Below are positions 12,558 through 26,272 of a stretch of DNA of 64,000 bases, one piece after another. The notes beneath the pieces are model-generated. The model had not been told where the DNA came from. It was given only the letters and a program-made list of their open reading frames with translations, and did not search any database. The number at the start of each line of letters is the position of its first letter. Within the stretch, counting starts at the first letter, position 1. The DNA comes from Eledone cirrhosa (taxonomy: Eukaryota): positions 119,784,001-119,848,000 of the forward strand of contig OZ024740.1 of assembly GCA_964016885.1 (NCBI GenBank), in the 5' to 3' direction. A program made the translations under genes and the position numbers.

Positions 12558-15227
12558 CACGTGCGTGTCTTTCAGAGAGATTTCAATTTCAATGAAGACT
12601 TTTTATTTCTAAAGAAGAGAGAGTTTTATTGTTTTTACACATTATAGTCTATTGCAATAGGATTAGATTAATAGCCCAAGAAACAACAACATCCTAAGCT
12701 GGCATAATAGTTAATCTCAACAACACAATTAAACTTTACCTCTAATTTGATCAATTTTGTCTATTTTTTTTTAATCTTCAAATCATTAAGTAACTAATCA
12801 GTAGATATATGAGCATAGATATATTTGTTTGTTTGTTTTTATTGCTGTTGTATTGTTTCTGATAATGTTGAATAAGTAGCCCTAATCACTACTTCTCCAA
12901 CAGAGCAAGGTATCTAAGAAGTTAAATGATGCTGAAAAGATGAATCAGTTTATGTGCTTGTATATTTTTCTTGCTGCACAAGAAGTTATGCAGTAAGCTA
13001 CATTGACAAGCTATAACCAATTCAAGTTACATGCCACCCTCTGTCTCCCATTGGGTTAACAACAAGATGAATATTTTTTATCTCCATATTAAACACATTA
13101 TATTGAAAACAAGTTTTTTCTGTGGTGTCCTATGGGCTACAGGACATCATATATAAATTGCATTCATTCTGAATAGTAATTGTACATGGTCATTCGCCTA
13201 TTCTGAAATTTGGCATACTGTCAACAGTAGTCAGTGATGAGCAGAGAGAGAAAGAGGAACATGGAGACAGTGCATGATATGGAACTAGTAATACAGTTGA
13301 TTGACTCATTACTAACAATACTGATTTAGGCCTGGCTCCAAGGATACAGAGCAGGAAGTATGGTTAAATGGAGTAATATGATACAAGTTGAATGAGTTTT
13401 AATAGCAATGAGCTGGAATAAAATTTCAGAAAGAGTGAATTGTCATAGATTTTTATCTTTACCAAGTATTTAAGTATCTGCTACAAAACAATGTTATTTA
13501 AAAGCATCCTAGTTTTCCTTTGAAATCAGCTTGCTTTTACAGATACAACACTAATTTTCTGGTAACTGGAGTTCCAAGTACCTTTTTATCTAAATAGAGT
13601 TATATATGGCTATGTGAAGATCTTGTAACATACCAGAGTAGGTAATCATGTTAGGAGGCATTATATATAATTTTAAACATTTGCCCCTTCATATTGTTAT
13701 AGTTGATGTGTAAGGAAAACACTTCTAAATGTTTCTAGTGAATTATTTGACAGTACTGACGTTTTAGTGAATTGCTATATAATCCAATATGGATCTAGAA
13801 CTGAGGATGCTGGAAAATCAGTATTGAACCCATATTATATTCTATAATTAAGTTACATTTGTAATATGAAAAGAACCACTGACCCAATGTTAATATGAAA
13901 CCACATATAAGAAACCACAACTCATAACCTAGTCAATGTTTACTAATCCCATAACTCCTAATGAAGTCGTAGGTGTGCCATGATGACATACACTATGTCT
14001 TGGTCATTTGTAGACCTACCAGTACTCATCTCTCTCCAAGTTTGACCACAGACAATTTCTTCCCGTGAGAAAGAGACAAAAAGCACAAGAAAAGGAAAAT
14101 TGACACTACTATGAAACTGGTGCATTATTCATTGACCTCAAAAGAATGAAAGGCAGAGTGAACACCTCAAAGTATTTTATGCAAACCCTAAAAATCTTCT
14201 GTTTCATCAATAAATTTAATAGTTAAATAATTTAATAGGTACGTTTTGTTAACTAGTTGTCCTTAGGATGTAAATACAAGCAAAGCAATTAACATTCGTT
14301 TGTTGTTTTTTCCTTAAATTTTCAGTATGGTCATATTTGTATATCAACTCTTCACTGAAATGTAATCTAATATTACAATATTTTCGAGCAATATTGAAAT
14401 ATATTTTTATTTCAGCTAGATGGCCTTTCAAATAGGAACCAATCTACTGAGAATTAGGAAAAGTGTCTATTTTCAGATAGTTAAACTTGAACAATAGAAA
14501 TAACATAAATGCAATGCCTTCAGCTAGGTTAGAACACACGACCCTTATGTCAGCAGTTTTACTTTAAAACTATAGTCACCTTACTTTCAACCTAATCTCT
14601 GTAGGTAAAAAGAAAAAAAGTATAAAAGCGGAAACAAATAAATAAAGCAGTTATGGGTGTTGGGAGCGATGAAGAGAATTAACAACAAAGATGAAATTTA
14701 AAAGAGATAGTCAACTTTACTATTGCTAAAAATGATGCTTGTGTCTCTTAACTTCTGATATCACAGTGGTTTAGAAAATTAGAGGAAGACAAAGATAGCC
14801 AAGATAAAAATAAGTGAAAAGAAAAAATATTAATAATAAAGCAAAAATAGAATAAGATGAAAGATAAGACGAAATGAAAAAGCATGGAAATATTTTCATT
14901 TTGGTTGTCTAAAATCGTCCCCCTTTATATCACTCTCACTCTCACACTTTCTTTACGTCTCTACATCGTTTCACTCATTTCTTAACAATAACTAGGTTAA
15001 TACTGAAGTGACTGACTGATAAATTCTTTGAACTTGTTTTCCTATCTCTTTCTAGAAAAGAACACCAGTGGTTTTGAGGTATTCTTGTCGAAAAACCTGA
15101 ACACTTGATTAGACTTGAGTTGTGCAAGAATATAAACGATGAAAGGGTGTGAGAGAAGGTGTGTTAATACTTGTGAGAAAGTCAAACCGAGAGACATACT
15201 TTATTGTTCATATCATATTACGTATAT

Positions 15228-15299
<72 letters not shown>

Positions 15300-15500
15300 A
15301 GAGTATATATGTGTGCGTGTGTATGGTGGCGAAGGTTTGTCTGCGTGCATGTATGTATGTATTTATGTGTAACACTTGATTTTATCATAAGTTACGTTTT
15401 TCTTTGAGATTGCATATTGTCTGCAAAATACGTGTATGTGGGTGTGTGTGTATATCGATTTATTTATGTATGCATACATGTATATATATATATATGTATA

Positions 15501-16524
15501 TCATCATCATCATCATCATCATCAGGTTTAGCGTCCGTGTTCCACGCTTGCATGGGTTTGGACGGGGGTTTTCCCACTTGAGGCAAGAGTGGTTGTCTTG
15601 CTCGCATAGGACTGTCTGGCGGGTTTTCTACAGTTGGATGCCCTTCCTAACACCAACCACATTTACAGTGTGGGGCTGGGAGGTTTTTACCGTGTTGCCT
15701 ACACGGCCACATTACAGCGTGGACTGTCTGGCGGGTTTTCTACAGCTGGATGCCCTTCCTAACACCAACCACATTTACAGTGTGGGGCTGGGAGGTTTTT
15801 ACCGTGTTGCCTACACGGCCACATTTACAGCGTGGACTGTGTGTTTTTTGTCGTGACACCTACACGATCTCATTTGTTTCGGCCTGGATGTTGTGGGACC
15901 AACATAACTTTACATTGAAAGGGGCGGTGTGGGTGGGGTGGAGGGTGGTGGGACGGGGGTGTGTTTTGATAGAGATGCCTACTGACTGTAGTAGGTTTTT
16001 ACTTTGTATTTAGGTAAGGCGGGTCTTCTCTATTACTGAGTACCGCCAAAGGTCTCGGTCCAGTGACATTGTCTTGGAGAGGTGTAAGCGTGTGAGGTCG
16101 GAATTTATCAGCTCGTCCCATGTTTTTCTGGGTCTGCCTACTCCGTGGCTACCGTCTATCTTTATTGCCCTGCACTTTGTTATACAGCTGTCGTCTTTCA
16201 TGCGCATCACGTGACCGTACCAACGTAGCCTTCTCTCGAGTAAACAACATCTGATCCCTCTTATTTCTAATTTTTTCCTTAGTTCGTTTATGCTTTGCCG
16301 TTCACGTATATTACTATTGCACATCCAGCGGAGCATGCAAGCTTCGTTCCTCTCTAGTCTGCGTATATCCTCTGCACACAATGCCCAGGTCTCACTGCCA
16401 TGCAGCATTGCTGTTCGTATGCAGGCATCGTATAACCTGCCTTTCATTTTTAGGGAGAACCCTCTAGCGGCTAATAGTGGTATAAGCTCTCTGAACTTTT
16501 TCCATCCAGTTCTGACTCTAGCTA
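15501..16524 (-). mobile_element. RTE LINE 3' fragment with 3' UTR and tail
   Basis: ORF 16010-16762 real part [18 protein letters not shown]...GRPRKTW; tandem duplication in 3' UTR; (CAT)n at 15501. Confidence 0.9.
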
Positions 16525-16555
16525 CTATATATATATATATATATATATACATATG

Positions 16556-16594
<39 letters not shown>

Positions 16595-16625
16595 GTATAT
16601 GTATATATATACATATGTGTGTATA

Positions 16626-16665
<40 letters not shown>

Positions 16666-16666
<1 letters not shown>

Positions 16667-16701
16667 TTTTGAAAAGCAGAAGAACTGCGAAACCGGTAAA
16701 G
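16666..16701 (+). ncRNA. Minimal type I hammerhead, U3-A8 core variant
   Basis: ctt TTGAAAA gcag-aagaa-ctgc GAAA ccgg TA aag; palindromic ACCGGT in place of stem III; stem I cut short by upstream (TA)n. Confidence 0.65.
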
Positions 16702-16856
16702 AACCAAATAAATATATACATTTAAAAAAAAAATAAGACTCCAGTTGCATTTTCGATTTCATCTTTTTTTCTTTATACTTTCACTCGTGTAGGACACCCC
16801 GGTTATTTTTCATTTTGTAAAAAAAACTCACTTTCTAATATATATATATATATATA

Positions 16857-17260
16857 TTGTTATACTTTCAATAAAAACACACACACCGCCTGGTTTTCAC
16901 TTCAATTTATTATAAATTTCTGGTTGGCTGGTTGCTTCGATAACCGGAGGGTTGTTTATATATTTTCAAAGCTCTTTCGTCACACATTATGTGACCTCCT
17001 CAGTGACTAAGTATTTACTTTGTGACTCTCCTTTGTTCTATCCTACACTATCTTGTTTTTGTGTGTTGTGTGCTTCGTTTGCACATGTGTTACATACAAG
17101 TGTGTGTGTCTTTATTTATTTATTTATGTGTTTAATTACTTGACACTAGTTGATTGTTTGTTGTATCTGTGTGTGTCTGCTTTGTTTTGTTAGTTGGCTT
17201 TTTGTGTGTGTCTGTATGCCTTCATTTTGTCCTTAATTATTAGTTGTGATGTTGCTATTC
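16857..17260 (-). repeat. PLE pseudo-LTR-like repeat with hammerhead at 16965-17007
   Basis: Minus strand gtca CTGAGGA g gtcaca-taatg-tgtgac GAAA gagc TT tgaa; homologous to 1470-1755. Confidence 0.7.
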
Positions 17261-17353
17261 CACTAATATTTTTGTGTAATTTTGGTGGAGTTCGTTTATG
17301 TTTGTTGCCTCTTTGATTTGTCTGAACATTGCATCTTTTCTCTGTGTGGATAT

Positions 17354-20115
17354 AATGTCACCTATGCCATGCAAGCTACGACAGAAGCTGTGTCAGCATC
17401 ACAATGGCTCAAATCGAAAGGCTTCAATACTGGACATGTAATCAGTGCCACTTCTGTTCCAACGTATTCCGTGGGGATGCCCCACATTTCGATGACCAAT
17501 TCTCTACCAAGGACTTTACCACAACCCTCCAGGATTTCTTAAAATCAATAGCTTGGAATAGCTTTGCACGTGCCCTCTCTAATTTATTGAAAAACGTTTG
17601 CTCATCCAACAATAGGTCTGACTGGCAGGAATTGTTTTCGTTTTCTCTCATCTCTCTTCACGTACACAATGCGAATTCGGATTCCCTCATGTCCTCTCTC
17701 AAGCGGCAATTCCAGCTGTTTGAGTCTACCTCAACCACGTCTCGCCTCAGTTTGACATCGAGCCCGGTGTCCACCAACAGACAACCGATAGACCTCAAGC
17801 GAGCGGTCAATGCCAAATTCAGCGAATATGACTTTAAAGGGGTTGTCTGTCTCCTCTCTTCTCTGTTAACCCTCGCTCCGTGCAACTCTGATTCTCTTGA
17901 GCGACTGAAAGAGAAGCACGCATCGGCACCCCCAGATGATCAGCTACACTGGCCCGAAACACCAGAATACTCAAGACCGGTTTACACCACCGATATCATC
18001 AGAAAGGCGATTTCATCTTTGCCTGCTGGGTCAGGCGTGGGAATTGACGGCCTTCGTCCTCAACACCTCAAGGATGGTATCTCTTTATAGGCCGGTGATG
18101 CCGGACTCGAGCTCTCGGAGAGTCTGATTCAGTTTGTGAATCAGTTCTCTTCAGTGAACGTTCTCCCGTTCATCCACCCACTGTTCTTCGGTGCGAAGCT
18201 ATTTGGTCTCACCAAGCCCAATGGAGACCTGCGCCCCATTGTGGTTGGTTGCACCCTTCACCGTTTCACTGCAAAGGCGTGTTTGCTGTTGGTCTCCGAC
18301 TCACTGGCGGAGGAGTTTTCCTCCATCCAGCTGAGGGTGGATACCAAGTTGGGATGTGAGGCTGCTGTCCATGCTACCAGAGCCTTTACCAATTTGCCCT
18401 CCTCATCCCCCAAGGTTATCCTCAAACTTGACATCAGGAATGCTTTCAACTCCGTCAGCCGCGACGTCGTCCTTGGCTCAGTAAGAGAGAGGACGCCACA
18501 ACTCTACCACTTTGCTTGGCAAGCTTATCGGGAAACCTCCTACCTCTCTTTCAGTGACCAAATCATCACCTCTGCCTCAGGAGTTCAACAGGGTGACCCA
18601 CACAGGCCCACTCTGTTTGTACTGGGCATTGATGACGTCACCAAGATGGGGGTTGAGTTGGACCTCAATGTCTGGTACCTAGACGATGCTTGTTTGGGGG
18701 AACTCTGGATATGGTTCTCACCACTGCCAACAAAATGGTTGAGGAGCTTAGCCGCTGGGGTCTCCAGGTCAATAGCTCCAAATGTGAGCTCTGGATCCTC
18801 AACCACCCGGCTTCTCAACACCATCGGCTAATCGACCTGTTTGCAGAGTCCTTCTCTTCCATCGCGGTCCCTCCTCCATTGGCTTGGTGCTCCTTAGGAG
18901 CCCCAATCACAGACCTGGCCTTCAAGTCAATCTTCCAATCGAAGATGGTTAGTCTTGAACAGCTGCTGAAGAATATTGAAGTTATCGAACCCCATCAAGG
19001 TTTCTTAATACTCAGGAACTACCTGTCTATTCCTAAGCTTCTGTATCTGCTCAGGGTCAGCCCCCCTCACAGATTTCCATCCTGCCTCCAACGCTTCGAC
19101 GACCTAATCTTCGAGAGACTGAGTGCCTAGTTAATGTTAGACTCTCTCCAGAATCCCGCAATCAGGCTGCATTGCCCAAGCGATTTGGGGGTCTTGGTCT
19201 TTGTAAGTGTTCATCCGTCTCTCTCCCCTGATTCTTTTCTTCCACCCACACTTGCTCCACCCTGGTGAGCAGCACCTTCGACTCCCTCTTCATCCAGTCG
19301 GATCAGTTTTCAAGGTGTCGCTTACTATCTGCCAGTGCGAAATACTCAGACGACTGGATTGATGCCCTACCCGTGGCCAACTTTGGTTGCCTACTCAGCC
19401 TGGACGAACTTCATGTCTCCTTCGCCCTCAGAGTGAGAGCTGACGTCTGCATGAGCTTGATGTGCCGATGCAGCAAACTCCTTGACCCCACAGGACTCCA
19501 TGGTCTTTCTTGCCGCCTGAATGCCGGCCACTTTGCACGTCACACAGAGCTAAATCTCATTCTCAAGAGAGCTTTGGCATGGGCGAACATCCCCTCAATC
19601 TTAGAACCATCTGGGTTGCCCAGAAGTAACGGCAAAAGACCTGATGGCCTTACCCTGTGCCCCTGGTCGAGAGGCAGGTGCTTTGTCTGGGACGTCAATT
19701 TTAGTGACTCTTTTGCTTCTTCCCATATCCTGGATACTGTGGTTAGGAGGAGAGCCACAGTTTCCGCAGCTGAGCGGAGTAAGACCCTCAAATACAGTGA
19801 TCTGTCGGCCAGCTACATTTTTCAGCCTGTAGCTTTCGAGACGTTTAGGGGAGTCGGGCCGCTGACTGCGAGGTTCCTCTCTTCATTGACGGTTCGCCTA
19901 ATAGAGGTAACTGGCGAATCTCGTGAGGGTGATTGGTTGTTCCAGCGCATTAGCCTCACCATACCCGAGGCAACGCTGCGATTGTGCTGGCTTGCCTAAA
20001 AAATCATTAGAGAGGTTGCCTGGTACTCCTCGCGATGCTGCTGTCTTTTGCTCTGGTGTTGACCTCAGTTGTTCACCCCTTCCTTTACGCATTCTTTAAC
20101 ATTGCAACATTAAAA
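17354..20115 (+). mobile_element. CRE-clade non-LTR retrotransposon (RT plus restriction-like endonuclease), disrupted
   Basis: GIDGLRPQHLKD, GLTKPNGDLRPIVVG, GCEAAVHATR, KLDIRNAFNSVSR, SGVQQGDP, WYLDD; C-terminal CRC..H..SC knuckle, RHTELN and KRPDG...WDV...AFET RLE motifs; GC-rich; several stops and frameshifts. Confidence 0.9.
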
Positions 20116-20547
20116 GAATATATCCTTCTGAAAAAATCGCGAGCAATTTATAATGTCATCTAAGCATTTGTAATGTTATTTATGTATATATTTAAAACAT
20201 ATTTGTTATGTTATTCTACTGTAAATTTATTTATATGCATTGTATTAAAACCCTTATACCGATTTTTATCTCTATTTTCTCTAATGTACCTCTATGTTGT
20301 ATTTCGGCATGTTGGTGGAGTACTGAGGTTCCGAGTTTTGCAGTTAGTTTGCGGGCTTAGCTTGCAGACTATGCATTTCCTATCAATACAGGGGGATCTT
20401 TGAAATGGGTATGTTTTACTATATACAGATATGCATATGTATGTATATATGTACGTATATATATATATATGTATATTTGTGAGTGGGAGTATGTATGTTA
20501 GTATGTGTGTGCATCTGTGTGTGTGTATATATATATATATATATAAT

Positions 20548-20585
<38 letters not shown>

Positions 20586-21599
20586 ATATATGTGCATATA
20601 CATATATTTAAATATATACATAATTATACATATATATAAATACAATTACAAATTGTACAATACTAAATAATAGTTATCCTCCTCTATCCTACTCACAATC
20701 GATCCTCCCAAAATTCTTTCCCTTCCCATAAGAGCTCTCTAGTAGAATTTCAATCTTGAAGCCTACAACAAAGATGGTGAACTGACGGACTGAATCCAAT
20801 AGCAACTTCCTCAGTCAAACATACATATTGGACATACGTAAATGTTGTAAAATTAATTTTGTATATATTTGTATATATGTGCATGTGTGTGTATATGTGT
20901 GTTTGTGCAATGCACTGAGTAATTGCTGGCCTTGTGCCAAAAGTAGAAACAATTATCACTGTTTAACATCTATTGTCCATGCTTGCATAGGTTGTCACAT
21001 TGAGGTACAAGCCAGGTCAGCTGACAGTGTTTCGTTCATATGGAAGTTTTTCTTTGTTCATACGGATGTTTTGGTTTCTACAGCTGGAAGCACTTCATGA
21101 TGCCAACTATATTACTGGGTGGATAGGGTGATTTTTACCATGGTGCCATATGACATTCTGACAGGGTGAACTGGAAGCTCCTTCATCATGGTACCAGCAT
21201 AACCAACTCCAGGGTTGACTAATTGATTTTGATCACATCACTACCATGACCACCTTACATGATAGACTGAGTGTTTTTTGTCATGCTACAAGTATGAACA
21301 CCTTACAATGCTTTTTATTTTGTCATCAACATAACAATCTTACAGAGTAGACTATGTGTATTTTGCTTTTTCTTGAGGCAGATTTCCATGGGTTAGACAG
21401 AAAAGGTGTATCATGTATGTGGAAGATAGGGGTTCGAGATGGGCTTATGAAATGTGTATTCAGGAAGGGATGCAAGAAGTGAGTAAGGAAGGTCTAATGT
21501 GGGGTACTTAGCTGGTGAAGAGGGGCCAGTGAGTATTAAGATGTGGGGAGGTGTGGGAAGGAGTATGGGTGGAGGAGAGGTAGGATTGGTTTAGACTAA

Positions 21600-22030
21600 T
21601 ATCTTCTAAATGTTTGCTTCATCCTGTGCACATGGGAAGGCAGGTCTTCGGCAGTACAGCATATCACCAGAGAAACCAATCCTGTGTCATTGCCTTTGAG
21701 AGTTTTAATTGTGCAAGGTCAGCTTTTATCATTTTGTTCCAAGATTTTTTATGTCTTCTTCTACCATAAATTCCTTGAACTGCAGGCATCCTGCACAATT
21801 TTATACAGTAGTCATCCTCCATAACCATATCCAACCACCACATCTCTTCTCCTGCACGCTGTATCTGACCTGTCTTGTGTCCAGTTTCTCTCTCAGTTCA
21901 TTAACTGCTATTACACATCCATTGGAACATGCAGGCTTAAGTTCTTTCCAATCTTCATATGTCCTCTGCACACAGTACCCATGTAACATGCAACATTGCA
22001 GTTCATAAACAAGCATCATACAATCTGTTT
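21600..22030 (-). mobile_element. Decayed RTE 3' fragment
   Basis: ORF 21801-22049 remnants (MLHG, NELREKL, SVQEKR). Confidence 0.7.
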
Positions 22031-24519
22031 TATAGTACTGGTGCCACAATAAAATACATTCAGTCCATTTTTAGAGTTAGGAAAGATTTTAGCCAAATAA
22101 ACCATGTCAAAAAGGGTGACAAGAACCTTCCAGACACATGCTCACCTTTCTTGTACCGGTGCTACAAAAATGCACCCAGTACAATCTGAAAGATGGTTGT
22201 TGATAAGAGGATCCTCCATCAATAGAAACCATATAAATAAAAAAAAAGAAAATTTAAATCCAGAGGTCTCTTCAGTTGTGTCAAGAGCATGACATCCTCT
22301 CTAGTGATCTACACTATAAATGCACTCAGTACACTATATAGAATGGTTGGTGAAAGAAAGAGCATCCAGTTATTGGAAACCTACTAAATGAAAGATTGGA
22401 AGGAATCTTCAACAGTGCCTAAGACAGGAGAAAAACCCTGCTGCTTTGGAAGGGGGGAACATATCTAAGTTAGTAATGGGCTCCCTCACCAGCTACTAAG
22501 AAGACAGTAGTTCTGATTACTGAGTAATTTCTGCATTGAGACTAATCCACCTCATACTAGCATGGAAAACAGGTGAGGATAAGGATATATATATATATAC
22601 TATAGTTATATATACCTAATCTACATATATTTTATGGTGTTTCTCTCATATTCACTCTGATGGAAGAATCAATTCATTTCTGGCAACATTGAGTGCTTAG
22701 GGACGTCCTCAAATAATTCAACTTTCAGTTTCAATATGATACTTGTATATTAATTGCACTCTAACTTTTGAATTTAGTACTTTCCTTTATGTAGTTTTGA
22801 AGATACCTACATATTTACATATATATCAACATTATCGTCATCATCATATGTATATATAGATATATAATGTTTTCACTAATTCCATTACATGAATCAAAAT
22901 ACAATAGGCACAGTAATGGGGCCAGACAGATACATTGTAAATGAATATATTAGCAATGTTTGTACATAATATATATAATCTGGCAAGTATATATCTCAAG
23001 TTTCAACAATATAACATTGTGACTAATAGATAAGTATGTGTTTTTGCAACAAAGATAGCAATTTGTTCTGTGTTCTAAGAGTGTTAATAATTGCTATTCC
23101 CAGACTATAGTTGGCGCCTAATGAATATTTTTAATAAAGCATCCAACCACTACCAGCTTGAATCAATCTTATTTCTCGCTATCCACTGACTTAATTGTTT
23201 AATATAAAACTCTATGATTATTACATTCACAACAGAACTTGATCACTCTTTCAGTTCGAATCACTTATGTTGTTTCCAAGGTCATCACAAAATCATATTA
23301 ATTTCATATTGTTTAATATTGAAGCTCTTATTATTCTTGCACTTTGTACCTATCGATTTCTATTGTTCTATTTCATATCATTACAAAGCATTTATCCTAA
23401 CAGAATAGAAAATATTTCTACCATAGCAATTTGTGCTTCTTGATAAATTTTTCATATGTATGTATATATTGGCTGAAAGTCAAACCACTTGTGAAGTTAA
23501 TTGATGCCCATATATAAGCAGTTCAATCCTAATATAATGTGTATTTTAATTTTAACCATTCACACTTCTTTTATTAATGCAATTGCCTTTTGTTTATATA
23601 ACATCTCCAAAACTTCTGGAAATTCCCTGTCTCATTGAGAGTTTGTTCAGAAGATTGATTAAAAACTAATTGGTTTCAATCAAGGAGATTACACAAACAT
23701 TTTGTGATGTGGAACTAAATATTCAAGAATCATTAATTCTATGATATCCTATTTTATTTAAGAAAAGAAGCACAATTTTTATACATGGCACTCCCACTAG
23801 TTTTCAATTATTTGAAATGCATCTGAACTCAGCATGAGAAATCATTGTTCCATTCCAGTAACATTGACCAACACAATGGCTTGATCTTTCACACTTTCAG
23901 AGAATATTATTGTTAATAAATTTGTTATTGTATACAGATGATAGATATGTCAGTTTCTACTGTGTTCTCTATTGCAAACATTTTGAATGAAAACTATGGA
24001 CAATTTCATTGGCATATATCTCTTATTAATCACATCATTTGAGGTTATTATTTTGATCATAATCAACATTGTCATATGGCTGAAACTGTGGTGTTATGGT
24101 CAGCACTTGAAAAATTGTGCATTTAACTATTTCAATTTCAAACTAGTTTTATATATGTAAGTAATCTCTTATTTATTATTAGAATATAAAAGTAGGTTTC
24201 TACTAATGTAATTTCCTAACCCTAAACTAAACATGGTATGAGTAGATTCAATAAGTTATTTCTTATGGTTTTTCTCTATCTACATTAGTGTTTTTAGATT
24301 CCTTACATCATTTCATCACAAATATGTACTGGACTGTACAACTGACTAACTTCAGATTAATTAAAAATGCATTAAGAAATCTATAAATCGGAACCAAAGT
24401 CCCTGAAATTATATTCTACTGTCTTTGAATAGGAGGAATATTGAATAATTTTATCCTATATGAAAGTCGAATGACAAGATCCCCAAACCCCATTTGCATA
24501 ACAAGTGGGGTGGAGCTCG

Positions 24520-24713
24520 TCAAATTGGAACAAGTAAAAAATGTTTCCATTGGTCTTTCCAATTGCTAATACTATCAGTCAAAAATCCAAATAGAAGGTG
24601 CAATGTGAAATAAAGTGTCTTGCTCAAGGACATAACGCATTGCCCAGTCCAGGAATCAAACTCATAACCTCACAATTGCAAATCAGTTCTCTAACTACTC
24701 AGCCATGCACCTT
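24520..24713 (-). mobile_element. tRNA-derived SINE (second copy at 50777-50977)
   Basis: Minus strand tggctgagtagtt (A-box-like) and gtttgattcc (B-box-like), then tgtccttgagcaagacactt core; homologous to 50777-50977. Confidence 0.75.
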
Positions 24714-24901
24714 CTGTTTGTGTATACTGGTGTGAATTGATGCATTGAATATAAGACCTATAATCGTAGACATTTCAGCCTTGATTATCTCATCTTATCC
24801 TATATATATATATATATAAGACGAGATAATCAAGGCTGAAATGTCTATGATTATAGGTCTTATACTCAATACATCAATTTACACCAGTATATACAAGCAG
24901 A
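24713..24901. repeat. Near-perfect palindrome centred on (TA)n
   Basis: ~86-bp arms that are reverse complements, differing mostly by transitions. Confidence 0.9.
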
Positions 24902-25082
24902 TGCATATTTAGACACATACCCTTACCATCATCATTATCATTTAAATATTCATTATTTTACATCAGTTTTCCACACTAGCATGAGTTGGGAGCATTGTAC
25001 CCATCTAAGTCAGTTCTTATCCAGAATTACTTCTCTCTTAGATAGGTCAGGAGGACTGGGGAACTATATTTTGCTTGCACAT

Positions 25083-25128
<46 letters not shown>

Positions 25129-25140
25129 CAGGAGGAGTAG

Positions 25141-25189
25141 TGAGCTTTGATAAGTACCAAAAAGTACGAAACAGAGCTCTGTCAGTTTA
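25141..25189 (+). ncRNA. Type I hammerhead, U3-A8 core variant
   Basis: tgagct TTGATAA gtac-caaaaa-gtac GAAA cag-agct-ctg TC agttta; GUC cleavage triplet; stem I has two G-U pairs. Confidence 0.72.
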
Positions 25190-25322
25190 TGTCCCTAGTT
25201 TGCTGAACATTTAAATAAGTGACATGGTCTTCAAAATACGTTTAATTAAGCATACAGTGTATTGCAAAATACACTATATATACATTCATATATATATATC
25301 GGTATTTCAGAGCACCAATTCT

Positions 25323-25355
<33 letters not shown>

Positions 25356-25577
25356 TAATTACGTATCGAGAGAGAGAAGAAGAGATAGGCGATACATGTA
25401 GTTATTTGCCAATAGCATATGCAAAGGGTGCTCAATGCTTGTGCCTGCAGTGTTAAATATTAGAAGTGTTAATATCTAGTGGGCGAGAAAATCAGCAGAG
25501 CGGATACGCGTGGAGAAATATATACAGGAGAACAAACCGTTAAAACATGTTTATTTAAGATAGCACCTACGTACGTT

Positions 25578-25778
25578 TAGACGACGTGTATTTGTGTATT
25601 TATGTCTTGAGAAAATATTCAGAAGAATACAAATGGCTGGTGCGTGTTTGTACAATCAGCTCCAAGAAAAATGCGTGTTGTCGCTCTGCATTTTTTTTTT
25701 TCGGGAGTGTCTGTGTTATTTTTATGACGTCCATTTGTGACGTCAGAGCTATCACACGACAGGTGTCGCTTCGCTACA
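25578..25778 (-). repeat. 3' LTR
   Basis: Direct repeat of 30371-30569 (about 12 substitutions plus a T-run indel by eye); minus strand starts TGTAGCG; polypurine tract ggaggagggc at 25783-25792. Confidence 0.93.
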
Positions 25779-26272
25779 TATAGCCCTCCTCCAGATGACC
25801 AATCGATGAAGAAGTAAACATATCTAGTGAGAAGCAAAGCAAAGATAGGTAATAAACAAAAGAAATGTTTGCACAAGCAGCAAACAAAAGGCAAGGCACG
25901 CAAAAATGTAACACCAGAAACATGCAAAACAATCAATAAAATGCAGCATATCGTAAGAAAGACAAAAGCAAAGGGCTGCAACGAGGGAAGCTTAAATGTA
26001 CAAAGTTTGGCACAGTTTTTTTCCAAAAAGGCTCCAGTGGCCAGTTCATATAATAAAAGTTTGGAAGAGCTCTTTTGGCCAGTGGGCCCTTCGACCCTGA
26101 ACGTGTCGTGGTCTTGTATCTTGGTGATGGGGGGGGGGGGCAAAGAAACAGGTGTGTGTGAAAAAAAGAAAGATGGGAGTGTATGTGGCTCAGATGTGTG
26201 AGCATCTGTGTGGACCGGCAATGGTCTCTCTGGATCCCTTAATGTCTACAATGAAATGTTTATCAGAACGAG

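Noticed and set aside
23100-24130. Coding-like decayed DNA (also 13400-13700 and 43630-44080)
   Set aside because: Could not assign motifs by eye; needs a translated profile search
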